DNA of 64,000 nucleotides from Schmidtea polychroa (GCA_044892525.1 CM097885.1:23190001-23254000), one strand, 5' to 3'; positions 1 through 10,446 are shown, counted from the stretch's first letter. Numbers and translations: made by a program. The notes: a model not told the origin generated them from the sequence alone.

Positions 1-459
1 GTAGATCGTAGCTGGATCCAATGCGAGTTGCTCGCTCAATATAAGTCAGTGTAGGGTGGATTAGAGTTTTGTGATTTGCTTACTTTAAAATTTAAATAAA
101 TTAATATCTTTGAGTTATATATGCTTAATCCGACCACATATACATATCCATAGAGATTCACTCATTCTTTGCTAATATAAACTTTTTGGCGAATTTTTTT
201 ATTCTATAAAGATGGTGTTTTTGTTGGAATTGTCACTTACCTTTTTTCGGTCTCATAGTGATTTCGTTAATTTTTCATATTCTCATGTTTTGTCTCTGGT
301 TGTTTTTAGTAATTATAACTGAAAAACCAAACTAGAAATACCTAAACAGAATTATAAAATCAATTATCCTGGAATCATGCTTGTTAACGATTTTCGATGA
401 TCAATATTTTTCCAATTGTTATATTCTTGAATTTCCCACTCAAAGTTAAAATCTTCCTC

Positions 460-1316
460 AGTAGATGGATTGGGCACCGCTAGCACAGTACCCCCCCCCC
501 TCCCCCCGTCGGTAAGATTTTCAAAAATATTCTAAGTCTAAAAGTACATTTTTTTCAAGGTCAAAGTTAAACAAAGACATATGACTCATCAAGGTCATTG
601 AAACAAAGACCATGACTCATCCAATGACTCATCAAATTTCCCAAGGTCATTTAAACAAAGACTATGACTCATCAAGGTCATTTTCAAGGTCATATGACTC
701 ATAATATGACTCATCAAGGTCAAAAAATTTTCTCAAGGTCATTTAAACAAAGGCCATGCCTCATCAAGGTCATTTTCAAGGTCACATGTCTCATACCATG
801 ACTCATCAAGGTCATTTTCAAGGTCATATGACTCATCCGATGAGTCATAAAAATTTTCAAGGTCATTTAAACAAAGACCATGACTCATTCAAGGTCATTT
901 TCAAGGTCATATGACTCATTCAAGGTCATTTTCAAGGTCATATGACTCATTCAAGGTTATTTCCAAGGTCATTCTCAAGGTCATATGACTCATACTATGA
1001 CTCATCAAAAAATTTCAAGGTCATATGACCCATACGATGACTCATCAACATTTTTCAAGGTCATTTTCAAGGTCGCATGACTCATCCAAGGTCATTCTCA
1101 AGGTCATATGAGTCATCGCGATGAGTCATCAAGGTCATATTATTATTTTTAAAAATATTATTATTTTTATTATTATTTTTAAAAAATATTATTATTTTTA
1201 ATTTTTTCAAAGTTCCCGTCAACGAAAATTAATAATCGATAGCTCATTTTAAAGCTCAATCCAAGGCCTTTCGAATGAGCCATATATCTTGTTATTAAGA
1301 TTATTATTTCTAAAGA

Positions 1317-1377
<61 letters not shown>

Positions 1378-1555
1378 CTATATACACCGAGTCTATATAC
1401 TCCGTGTCTATCCGACAAAATATTTTGTCCCCCTATGGGTAATGCTCACAAGGGTACTGGTCACGCTCAACAAATCAACAAATCAACAAAACATACATTT
1501 ATTTAAACAATAAAATAATGTAAAATTAACAAAGGTAAACTAAATATTGATGTAC
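460..1555 (+). repeat. Left TIR of Polinton A with TGACTCA/CAAGGTCA arrays and an (ATT)n tract
   Basis: Reverse complement matches 17046-17843, with a different number of repeat units. Confidence 0.93.
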
Positions 1556-2001
1556 TACTATTCGCAGCAATATTGTTAGAAATTGGTAACGATGAATTGA
1601 TTTTCAGATATTCTATTGATCCTTTGATTGTTTGAATTTCTCTTAATAATAATTCAATCTTTTTTAACAAATAATCATGCTTCTTATCAATAATTTTCAT
1701 ATTCTTTTTATTTTCAGCAATAGAGTTATTGAAAACCTCAATATGATCAATCAATTTAATTTTTATATTTTGTATATATTCAAATGATAGTTCATAACTG
1801 TTTTCTAAATTCTCCAATCTTTGAGATATTCTTTTTCCTGGATGCTTTGACCATTTTGGTTTATCGAGAATATATAAAATATCCATCAACTTGGCAGTAT
1901 TCGGACAAACACATTGATTTATTAAAAGACTCCACTGTTATTGTTGTATTGTGTGAGCACACACTCGTTATAATAATTAGCAATATGAATATAGTTTTCA
2001 T
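1503..2001 (-). pseudogene. Frameshifted signal-peptide / coiled-coil / hydrophobic-tail protein
   Basis: ATG at 2001 gives MKTIFILLIIITSVCSHNTT...; a 1-nt frameshift near 1865 joins ORF 1503-1889, which ends NSSTSIFSLPLLILHYFIV. Confidence 0.6.
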
Positions 2002-2106
2002 GGTGTATCAAATCAAAACCTTTCTTTTACATTTATAGTCTATCAACCAATCAAAATCATACAGTATTAGTATAAATAAAACATCATATTTTAAATTATT
2101 GTAAAA

Positions 2107-2621
2107 ATGTCTAATTTTATGGAAAATCTTTTAAGAGAACTCGTCAACAAGAATATTATGGAAAGCCTCTGTTTCCTGGTCGATCGGACCGAAAAGATCA
2201 TAGAAGGTAATCACATTGATTATGATAATGTGATCAATTCCGATTGTCTCGAAACGAAGAAATTCTATTTTAATAGGATTTTTAACTACCTATAAGACGA
2301 GGAGATGAAGTGGACCCGAATACTAGTAGGGTTCGCTTATATGAAGATAATAATTGAAAAAAGTCTATGGGACTCCGAGCACTATTATCAGTGGTCTCAA
2401 GAAGTAATACTTTTATAATCTATATTTTATTAATATTTATTTTCTAGATAATCAAGTCAAAGTTTCAGCCATGGATTGAAGCCAATGGCGGATGGGGCGT
2501 GCTGAATCGACTCGCCAGAAATGCAAAGGAATTAGATCAACAGAAAATCAAATTTAAAAACTATATTAAACTTGCAACAGGTGTTGCTATTTTGTATGTT
2601 TTATGTCGGTTTTTTAAATAA
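2107..2621 (+). pseudogene. Bcl-2 family protein, two exons (intron 2404-2447), in-frame TAA at 2293
   Basis: BH1-like DEEMKWTRILVGFAY, BH2 PWIEANGGWGVL, C-terminal anchor LATGVAILYVLCRFFK. Confidence 0.85.
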
Positions 2622-2698
2622 AAATTAATATAGTTATTTTGTTTGATTTTTAAATAAAATTTTAAATAAATTTACAAACACTAATTAACTAAGATTTA

Positions 2699-3084
2699 TT
2701 AATTAACACATTCGCAGTCTTCATCTCCACATTTCATTATATTTTCAACGACATGATCAATACAATCATTCGTAATATTATCTTTAGATTCATCTTTAGG
2801 TTCCTCTTTAGGTTCCTCTATAGGTTCATCTATAGGTTCATAGATTTCCTCATCAATTTCTTGAGTATCGGTTTCTTGAGTTTCTTCCTCATCATCAAAT
2901 CCTTTATCTTGACTCTCAACTAACCAGCTGATATTTAAGGAATTTGTAATAGATAATATGTCCTCAATTTTCACACCAGATATTTCTGCTAACTTTTCCA
3001 ACAAAAAGTTGATTAAAAATTCTAAATAATAAATAATTCGGTAATTAATTAATCATGTTAACCTTTTTCTGCAGTCATTTTCAT
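2699..3084 (-). CDS. Acidic hypothetical protein, two exons (intron 3022-3062)
   Basis: GT-AG splice joins MKMTAEK to the ORF in frame; E/D-rich with a Cys-rich end. Confidence 0.6.
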
Positions 3085-3212
3085 CACTTTAAAACTAAAT
3101 TATAAGTTTGTTTATAGATTTTCTTTGTTAAATTTGCATGTCATTTGCATTTATGTTGCAATTAATAAAGAAAAAAAAACAAATCTGACTAATACATTTA
3201 TTAAATATAACA

Positions 3213-3623
3213 TTAAAATATTTGTGAAAGTCTAGCAGACATAATTTTCCAAATAGGAGAATATACATCATTATTATCAACTTTATATCCCTGGATTGCA
3301 ATTGTTATATACCTATTTTCATTTTCTTTGAAACTGATTTCATCAAAAGCATCATAAAATCTTGCATATCTATTTTTGAACCATGCATGTTGATTACACG
3401 ATAGATTCGAATCTATCCGTTTAAAAACATCATCAATAGTTTTGACATCAATCATTGAAAGCGTGCCGGATAAGAATTCAAATTTAGTTGGAATTAGCTT
3501 GACTGGTGCAACCAATTTCATATTGATTTCTTCTTTCAAAAAATACATTTTGTAGTTGTGGAACATTTGAACTCGTTGTACCATTTCTTTAGGTTTTTCG
3601 GTGCTTGAAATTTTCTTGGTCAT
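3213..3623 (-). CDS. Hypothetical protein, possibly OB-fold ssDNA-binding
   Basis: Clean 136-aa ORF with CCAAT and TATA upstream and AATAAA downstream; the fold is inferred only. Confidence 0.55.
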   Translation of the reverse strand: MTKKISSTEKPKEMVQRVQMFHNYKMYFLKEEINMKLVAPVKLIPTKFEFLSGTLSMIDVKTIDDVFKRIDSNLSCNQHAWFKNRYARFYDAFDEISFKENENRYITIAIQGYKVDNNDVYSPIWKIMSARLSQIF

Positions 3624-3851
3624 CGTGAATAATGAATAAATTTAAATGTTACAGGGTTTTTATACCTTTGACTCATGCCTATCAACCAATCAGATTATAG
3701 CATGTCTTTGTTTAAATTGCATTCAAAATGCATTGATGTTGCATTGTCACATGTTCTATTATTTTTATTAATGTTTTATTATTATTAATGTTTTATTATT
3801 TCTATTATTATTATTATTATTAATTTTTTATTATTAATGTTTTATTATTTC

Positions 3852-3884
<33 letters not shown>

Positions 3885-3901
3885 TTTATTATTACTATTT
3901 C

Positions 3902-3940
<39 letters not shown>

Positions 3941-3984
3941 TATTATTTCAAATATAAAAAAGATAAAACACAATAAAAATACAT

Positions 3985-4403
3985 TTATTGGTAACCTAAA
4001 TCTACAATCCGGGAGTAGTGAAACCTTCTCAGAGTTTTCACTAACTCCCATTCGACATATCGCCGATATCGATGGGCACAGCATGAGCATCCGATGATGC
4101 ACTGGTACTCCGGCTCCATTTGTTTGATGGTTCTGTTTATCTTTATATCCCACAAGAACTGGTGAAATACCTCCATTATTCTAATTTGAGTTGTGTAGAA
4201 AATGAGGTCCGGAATTATTTCTGCTTCTCGATCCTTGATAATTTCAATAATTTGAGGATAATAATATTTTATCCTATTGATCATAACTTCTAAATATTTT
4301 TCTAAAATAATAAATAGTAAATAATGTGAAAATAAAAAAATTAAAATTTACCATAATCGTCGATATCTTTCATGAGGTTTGCAGCGCTTGGTAATTTGTA
4401 CAT
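3985..4403 (-). CDS. Hypothetical protein, two exons (intron 4302-4351)
   Basis: MYKLPSAANLMKDIDDY splices in frame into ORF 3985-4284; Cys cluster CIIGCSCC. Confidence 0.6.
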
Positions 4404-4477
4404 GGTGTTGAAAAAATGAATCCTAAACAAAAAACCGTTTGTTTAAATCAATCAATAACCAATTAGAAATTAACCAA

Positions 4478-4915
4478 TTAGAAATCGACTAATGAAATTA
4501 TCTCATTTCGAACATTGTCAACAAATTCTCTATACTCCAAATTTCTCAACCCCAGCATGACAACCTTTCCACTAGCAAACACGTTGACACAAATAGGGTT
4601 ATATTTTAATAGTCTTAGTGCTGGAAACAATTCCGGTTCAAACATACAATCACATTTTTTCGACATGTTATATAGATTGATACTATGTCCCATATCCATA
4701 GTAACGGTAATTGATTGGATTGTAATATTATTTATTCGATATTGTAATTTATTAATATCCAAAGGTTTCTTACATCCCATGATTCTGCATTTACCAGTCT
4801 TGAAAAATATTATCGGATATTTCCCACTTCTATCGATAATTTGCTGGGGTTTCCCTGGTGGGAACCTCATATTCGATACATCAAAATTTCCTCGATAATT
4901 TATATTTGCTAACAT
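4478..4915 (-). CDS. TATA-binding-protein-like protein (two TBP repeats)
   Basis: FEPELFPALR...VNVFASGKVVMLG and IIFFKTGKCRIMGCK match the TBP repeat pattern YEPELFPGL...LIFxSGKxVxTG. Confidence 0.88.
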   Translation of the reverse strand: MLANINYRGNFDVSNMRFPPGKPQQIIDRSGKYPIIFFKTGKCRIMGCKKPLDINKLQYRINNITIQSITVTMDMGHSINLYNMSKKCDCMFEPELFPALRLLKYNPICVNVFASGKVVMLGLRNLEYREFVDNVRNEIISLVDF

Positions 4916-5014
4916 TATTAAATCATTTATGAAAATTAGTCTTTATATATAAATTGAGCACGAGTTCATTAAATCATCGAATATAAACAAATACACATTT
5001 ATAAAATCTTTGAA

Positions 5015-5641
5015 ATGGAATTAAGAAATGATGCTGTATACCAAATCGTTGGTCCGAGTGGTAGTGGAAAAACATTATTTGTTTGTAAATTACTAAAATC
5101 CAATTTATTCAAATCAAAATTCAACAGGATTTATTGGCATAGGGGTGCTGATGAAGAACATGGATTAACTCAATCAAGTTTCTGTAAATTAAAAAACATG
5201 AAAATAGTAAAGGGATTTGATAAAAACTGGTCCAGCCGATTAAAGAAGGGTGATGTCATTATTATTGATGATTTGTATCAAGAAGCTAATAAAGAAAAAG
5301 ATTTTAATAACTTATTTACAAAGATCAGCAGACATGTCGATGTAACAGTTATTTTCATAACACAAAATCTATTTCATCAAGGTGGGGCACATCGAACACG
5401 TAATTTAAATGTACAGTATTTAGTTATTTTCAAGAATCCTAGAGATGCAACAGTGATTGATTTTCTTGCACGTCAAGCATACCCTAACAATCGTAATTTT
5501 CTTATCAGTGCATTTCAAGATGCTACAAAAATACCTCATGGATATATATTTCTTGATTTCACACAACAATGTCCCGATGATTTACGAGTAAAAACAGATA
5601 TTTTCAACCCAAAAGGTGCCATGGTTTATAAACAAAGTTGA
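5015..5641 (+). CDS. A32/FtsK-like packaging ATPase
   Basis: Walker A GPSGSGKT, Walker B IIIDD, SRH and ITQ motifs. Confidence 0.93.
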   Translation: MELRNDAVYQIVGPSGSGKTLFVCKLLKSNLFKSKFNRIYWHRGADEEHGLTQSSFCKLKNMKIVKGFDKNWSSRLKKGDVIIIDDLYQEANKEKDFNNLFTKISRHVDVTVIFITQNLFHQGGAHRTRNLNVQYLVIFKNPRDATVIDFLARQAYPNNRNFLISAFQDATKIPHGYIFLDFTQQCPDDLRVKTDIFNPKGAMVYKQS

Positions 5642-5659
5642 AAACCTCTATGAATAATA

Positions 5660-5857
5660 ATGTTTCTAAAAGCAAGGGTGAAAAATATTAGGAAATTAAG
5701 AAAAAGTATTAGAAAGACTATTAAAGTTCCAAAGGTTCCACCAACAACTAGTTATACACCATCTAAAAAACTTGTAACTGAAAATTTCTCTGCAATGAAT
5801 CTTATTTCGAAAAATCCTAAACCTAAACGTAAAACCCGTAAAACCAGTAAAAAATAG
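5660..5857 (+). CDS. Small highly basic protein (candidate core protein)
   Basis: K/R-rich 65 aa within the structural cassette. Confidence 0.5.
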   Translation: MFLKARVKNIRKLRKSIRKTIKVPKVPPTTSYTPSKKLVTENFSAMNLISKNPKPKRKTRKTSKK

Positions 5858-5892
5858 TTAAAAATCATCGAAGTTTTCCATTTTTTAATGCA

Positions 5893-6159
5893 TTGTTAAA
5901 GGCCCCGAGTATGAAAAGAATGAATATATTGCAATCATTCCCAAATTTTGTTGTCGATGATTTACTCAATATTATACTTAAAGTAGTCAAAGGCAAAATT
6001 AAAATCAGTAAACATAGGAAACCATTATTATCTTTAGTAAATAATAAAAATCGTAAGCAAATGAGGAAAATTATATATAAACAACAAGGTGGATTTATTG
6101 GTGCCTTGATACCTCTGGCATTATCATTATTAGGTGGAGTTGTAGGAAATCAATCATAA
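5893..6159 (+). CDS. Basic protein with adenovirus pX-like hydrophobic tail
   Basis: Ends QQGGFIGALIPLALSLLGG; the start is uncertain. Confidence 0.6.
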   Translation: MLKAPSMKRMNILQSFPNFVVDDLLNIILKVVKGKIKISKHRKPLLSLVNNKNRKQMRKIIYKQQGGFIGALIPLALSLLGGVVGNQS

Positions 6160-6220
6160 ACAATGGGTGCTAATCCTTCATTGCCCGACATTAAATTTAA
6201 TTTTAAATCTTCTTGTTGTA

Positions 6221-6594
6221 ATGGAGAAGATTTGGACGAACCCAGAAGACGAAGCCGGTTTCGGTGGAGTGGCAAAATTAAACAAAAGAGTTCCGAATTC
6301 GAAAAAAGAAACCCAGATCAGCTTGCGTACAGTTTGAACAAACGATGCGGAAAAGATTTCCAACAAGAGCGTATAAAACATTTGGTATTGACGATTTATG
6401 GCAAATGGATTTGATGGAGATGATACCTTATTCGAAAATTAACAATGGGAATAAATATACTTTAACATGTATTAATGTATACAGCAGGTTTGCACGAGCA
6501 ATACCAGTCAAGGCAAAATCTGCAGAAGAAATGTCCAAGGCAATTAATATTTTATTTAAAGATGGACATCCTAATAACTTGCAAACAGATTTAG

Positions 6595-6680
<86 letters not shown>

Positions 6681-7264
6681 TTAGGTAAAGAATTCACTAC
6701 TCGGTACATTCTCAATACAAAGCTGCCCATGTTGAAAGATTTAATCGAACATTGAGAGATAGATTAAAGAAATTGTTCGTGCATCAAGGTAATAAAAAAT
6801 GGGTAAATGCTTTACTGAAAATAATAACAAGTTATAATCATTCATCACATCGAGGACTGAATGGATTGAGACCGGTTGATATTACATCAAAAACACCATT
6901 ATCTAAAAAATCTGTAAAAATTGCAAAACCTAAATATAAAGTCGGTGACCATGTTAGAATTAGTAAAATTAGTGCATCACCATTTATTAAAAATTTTGAT
7001 ACAAATTGGAGTGATGAAGTCTTTGTAATTTCAAAAATAAATACTAAACAGAATCCTGTAATGTATGTCATCAATGACAATGATAATAATATTGTACAAG
7101 GGAAATTTTATGAGCAGGAATTACAAGTCATTCCTCCCCCAAAAGTATTTAGAATTCAAAAAATATTGAAAACTAAAAAGGTCGGTAAGGATAAACAATA
7201 CTATATCAAATGGCACGGTTATCAAAACCCGTCATGGATATCGTCAAAAGACCTAGTAAAATGA
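6221..7264 (+). pseudogene. Retroviral-type integrase with chromodomain; intron 6595-6684; small deletions/frameshifts
   Basis: WQMDLM, QTDLG/KEF, HVERFNRTLR, C-terminal YYIKWHGY...SWI. Confidence 0.92.
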
Positions 7265-8265
7265 ATTTTTATATTATTTTACCTAGCAATAGCTGTCCAC
7301 TTATTCATCCAGATAATAAAGCCAGCAAATTCAGGGTCAATCTTCAAAATCCGATATATTTGGATAATAGCTGGGAAGTTGCTCTGTTGGATTTTACATT
7401 TGTATACCAAGCCTTTCCATTTTATAGTAAGGCTAAAATTGGATACAAAAAGAATGAGTGGCAGGATAGATTATTGTCTATGATCATTAATAATGCAGAT
7501 GATGAAGTTCGGTTGTCTAATTCAACTGATCCAGCTGTGAAATTGTATATTAACCATCCATATATAGTAGTTGAATGTAAACATTATCCTTTTACTGTAA
7601 CATTTGATAGTTTGGAAATGGCAAAACGATTGGAATTAAAAACCCAAAGTCATAAAGTTCTTTCCGATAAATTCACTGTGCTACGACCGGGATATTCCAA
7701 AACTGTACAGCGATTTGAACCAATTTTCTTTACAGTTTCATATCCGGGTATAACGTCTGGTACATTTGAGTTCAAAGATAATTTATACATTTCGAAATTG
7801 GATGAATTACAGACATATTTAAAACAAAGTGGTTTATTTAAATCATTGGAAATATCAGACAGATTCAAATTCAGTTTGAATCCCGAATTTACTGAAATTA
7901 CTTTTGATGCAGATCTAATAAAAACATTAGGATTATCAAAAGCAACATATGCTCAAGATGATCAAGGTACCCTAGCTCCGAAAATAATTAAACTTCACCA
8001 ACAAATGTTCATCTATAGTAATATTGTTGATCCTGTAATTGTTGGCGATTCTTTGGTCCCACTCCTGAAATCTGTTTGGATTGAAAAATATGAACATGAT
8101 GAAGTAGTCAATATAAATATCGATAATCCCATCTATTTACCTGTGTCAACCTCATGTATAAACAATATAGAAATAAATATACGTGATGATTCTGGTAAAT
8201 TAATCGCATTTCCAAAAGATTCAAAAACTCATTTAACATTACATTTTCGTAAAGTAGATGGCTAA
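7261..8265 (+). CDS. Minor capsid protein (penton)
   Basis: MNFYIILPSNS start; FIYSNIVDPVIVGDSLVPLL and IEINIRDDSG motifs. Confidence 0.85.
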   Translation: MNFYIILPSNSCPLIHPDNKASKFRVNLQNPIYLDNSWEVALLDFTFVYQAFPFYSKAKIGYKKNEWQDRLLSMIINNADDEVRLSNSTDPAVKLYINHPYIVVECKHYPFTVTFDSLEMAKRLELKTQSHKVLSDKFTVLRPGYSKTVQRFEPIFFTVSYPGITSGTFEFKDNLYISKLDELQTYLKQSGLFKSLEISDRFKFSLNPEFTEITFDADLIKTLGLSKATYAQDDQGTLAPKIIKLHQQMFIYSNIVDPVIVGDSLVPLLKSVWIEKYEHDEVVNINIDNPIYLPVSTSCINNIEINIRDDSGKLIAFPKDSKTHLTLHFRKVDG

Positions 8266-8623
8266 TTCGGATATTATAAGTATGTATAGTGGTAGCCAAT
8301 CTGGCGGTGAATTAACATATTTTATTGGTAAACAGTACGGATCAGGATAATTGAGAACAATTGGTAGATTTTCACTTCCTATTCTTAAACGTATTGGTAG
8401 TTTTGGTATGAAAACTGCTAAAGATGTTATTATGAATGAACAGAAAATATTACCATCTCTAAAATCAAATGCTTTAGCAGAATTAGGGAAAGTTTTACCC
8501 GGGGTTGCAGGTATGTTTCAAAAACCAGCTCCAGTTCCAGCTCATGCTCCAAAACGTAAAAGACATGGAATATCACGTATAAACAAACGAATGAAAGGCC
8601 ATGGAACTATATTTGCAAAATGA
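8258..8623 (+). pseudogene. Core-like protein with QxGG/QYGSG motifs, premature TAA at 8348
   Basis: MANSDIISMYSGSQSGGELTYFIGKQYGSG*LRTIGRF; the copy at ~39150 has Trp at the stop position. Confidence 0.7.
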
Positions 8624-9842
8624 TTTGTGGTAAATCTGAATTATGTATATTTGATAGACCGTCGCCCCAGGCTGTAATAGAATTTGGGGCGTTTGAGGAA
8701 GTTTTTCCAATGAATTCAATTACTGATAGTAGAAATGATATAGAGTTTTATATTAATGGTTCGCAAAATGAATATTTAGATTTGAACGATACTTTATTGA
8801 CTGTTCAGATCAAGGTTATAGATAAAGATAAAAAAGCTTTGGGTGATGCTGCTGATGCAATACCGAACAATTTCATGTTTCATACTCTTTTTAAAGATGC
8901 TGTGTTGGGATTTAATAATATCAAGATTGAAGGTGGTAATAATACATTCAGTCACAAGGCTTTGATAGAAACTATTTTAAATTACAATTCCGATACTAAA
9001 AATACATATCTTACTCCAATGGGATATGCTGCAACCGACGATGAAAGAAAAAAGTGGATTAAAGGCTCAAAAACATTCACCATGTGTTCATCGTTACAAC
9101 TCGATTTTATGGATCAACCGAAATATTTGCTTCCAGGAGTTAATGTCCACATTCAATTGAAAAGATCCGATTCTGCACTAACTCTTACTAGTGCTACAGG
9201 TGCACCAATATGTCAATTAGTTGATGCAAAATTATTGGTGAGAAAAGTACGAGTAGACCCCTCAGTATTAGCAGGTCATCAATTGGGTCTTAATTCAAAA
9301 CATGCAATTTATCCATTAAAAACAAAGGAAATTGTACAATTTGCTATTGCTAAAGGTGCTTCATCAGTCTATAAAGAACAAATATTTGGTGACAGAAGAA
9401 TGCCTAATTTTATTCTGATAACATTTCAAAGTGAAGCACAATATAATGGATCATATACTGCGTCCAGCTCAATTTTCAAAAACTTTAATGTTACATCATT
9501 GACTTTGTCGAAAAATACTGATTATAGAGAAACATATATTCAAGATTTCGAGAATTACAATTTCTGTGCGACATATATGCAGAGCATTGTTAGAAATCTG
9601 GGTTATTTAGATAAAAATTTGAATTGTGGAATAACTCTAGAAGATTTTAAAAGCAAATACCCATTTTTACATTTGTTTTAGCCCCTGATTTTGATTTAAA
9701 TCAAAGTCAATTACCTCAAAATGGAAATTTACGACTGGATATAAAGTTTGCAAAAGCTATTACTGAACCAGTACATGTTATAATATATGGAGTATTTGAA
9801 AATGAAGTTCAAATTACTGCAAATAGAACAGTGTTGGTATAA
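8620..9842 (+). pseudogene. Major capsid protein (double jelly-roll), frameshift near 9667
   Basis: KSELCIF, YLDLNDT, DFMDQPKYLLPGV; the shifted tail GNLRLDIKFAK...ANRTVLV ends at 9842. Confidence 0.9.
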
Positions 9843-10241
9843 ATGTATATTGAAACACAAAAAGTTGTCATGGAGTAAGTTGTTCTTTTAAACTCTGGAT
9901 TTATTTAAGTAGTTCTGTTCAGGTCAATAAAATCGGAAAACAGATATTGGGAAATGAATTTGTTGGAGTTTTTCCTCTAAATAAAATTCCATATTTGAGC
10001 AATAATCAAGCAATAATCATCAATACGCAATCGTCTCATCTTGGTGGAGAACATTGGATAGCTATATATGTGAAACCTGGTAAAATATTAGTGTTCGATC
10101 CTATGGGTTTTTATTACCCGGCTTTGTTGATATCAAAACTACAAACAATGGGGTAATAAAACTATGTTTCAAAATCCCTTGACCCAAACATGCGGTCAAC
10201 ATTGTTTAGCTTGGTTATTGTACAAAAAATTTGATGTTTAA
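9843..10241 (+). pseudogene. Adenain-like cysteine protease, disrupted
   Basis: GEHWIA (His), VFDPMG (Asp), and QNPLTQTCGQHC (Gln/Cys) in another frame. Confidence 0.85.
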
Positions 10242-10340
10242 AGAAAAAATGTTTAATAAATTTGATGTTTAATAAATGTATCCTTTCCTTTGTTGTTGTG
10301 TTATTATTAATATTATTATTAATATCATTATTAATATTAA

Positions 10341-10377
<37 letters not shown>

Positions 10378-10403
10378 ATTAATATTATTATTATTATTAT
10401 TAA

Positions 10404-10446
<43 letters not shown>

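Noticed and set aside
560..1140. CRISPR-like appearance of the TIR repeat array
   Set aside because: No constant repeat with unique spacers, no cas genes, eukaryotic context
1179..1513. Poly-Ile/poly-Leu ORFs here and at 3878-4153, 6428-6730, 10262-10470 and 17094-17371
   Set aside because: Translations of (ATT)n microsatellites, not genes
4515..4898. Antisense ORFs opposite the TBP-like gene, integrase, pPolB, transposases and glycoprotein
   Set aside because: Shadow frames with no recognisable motifs
9875..9922. Possible GTAAGT...CAG intron at the protease start
   Set aside because: Splicing from the ATG at 9843 lands out of frame
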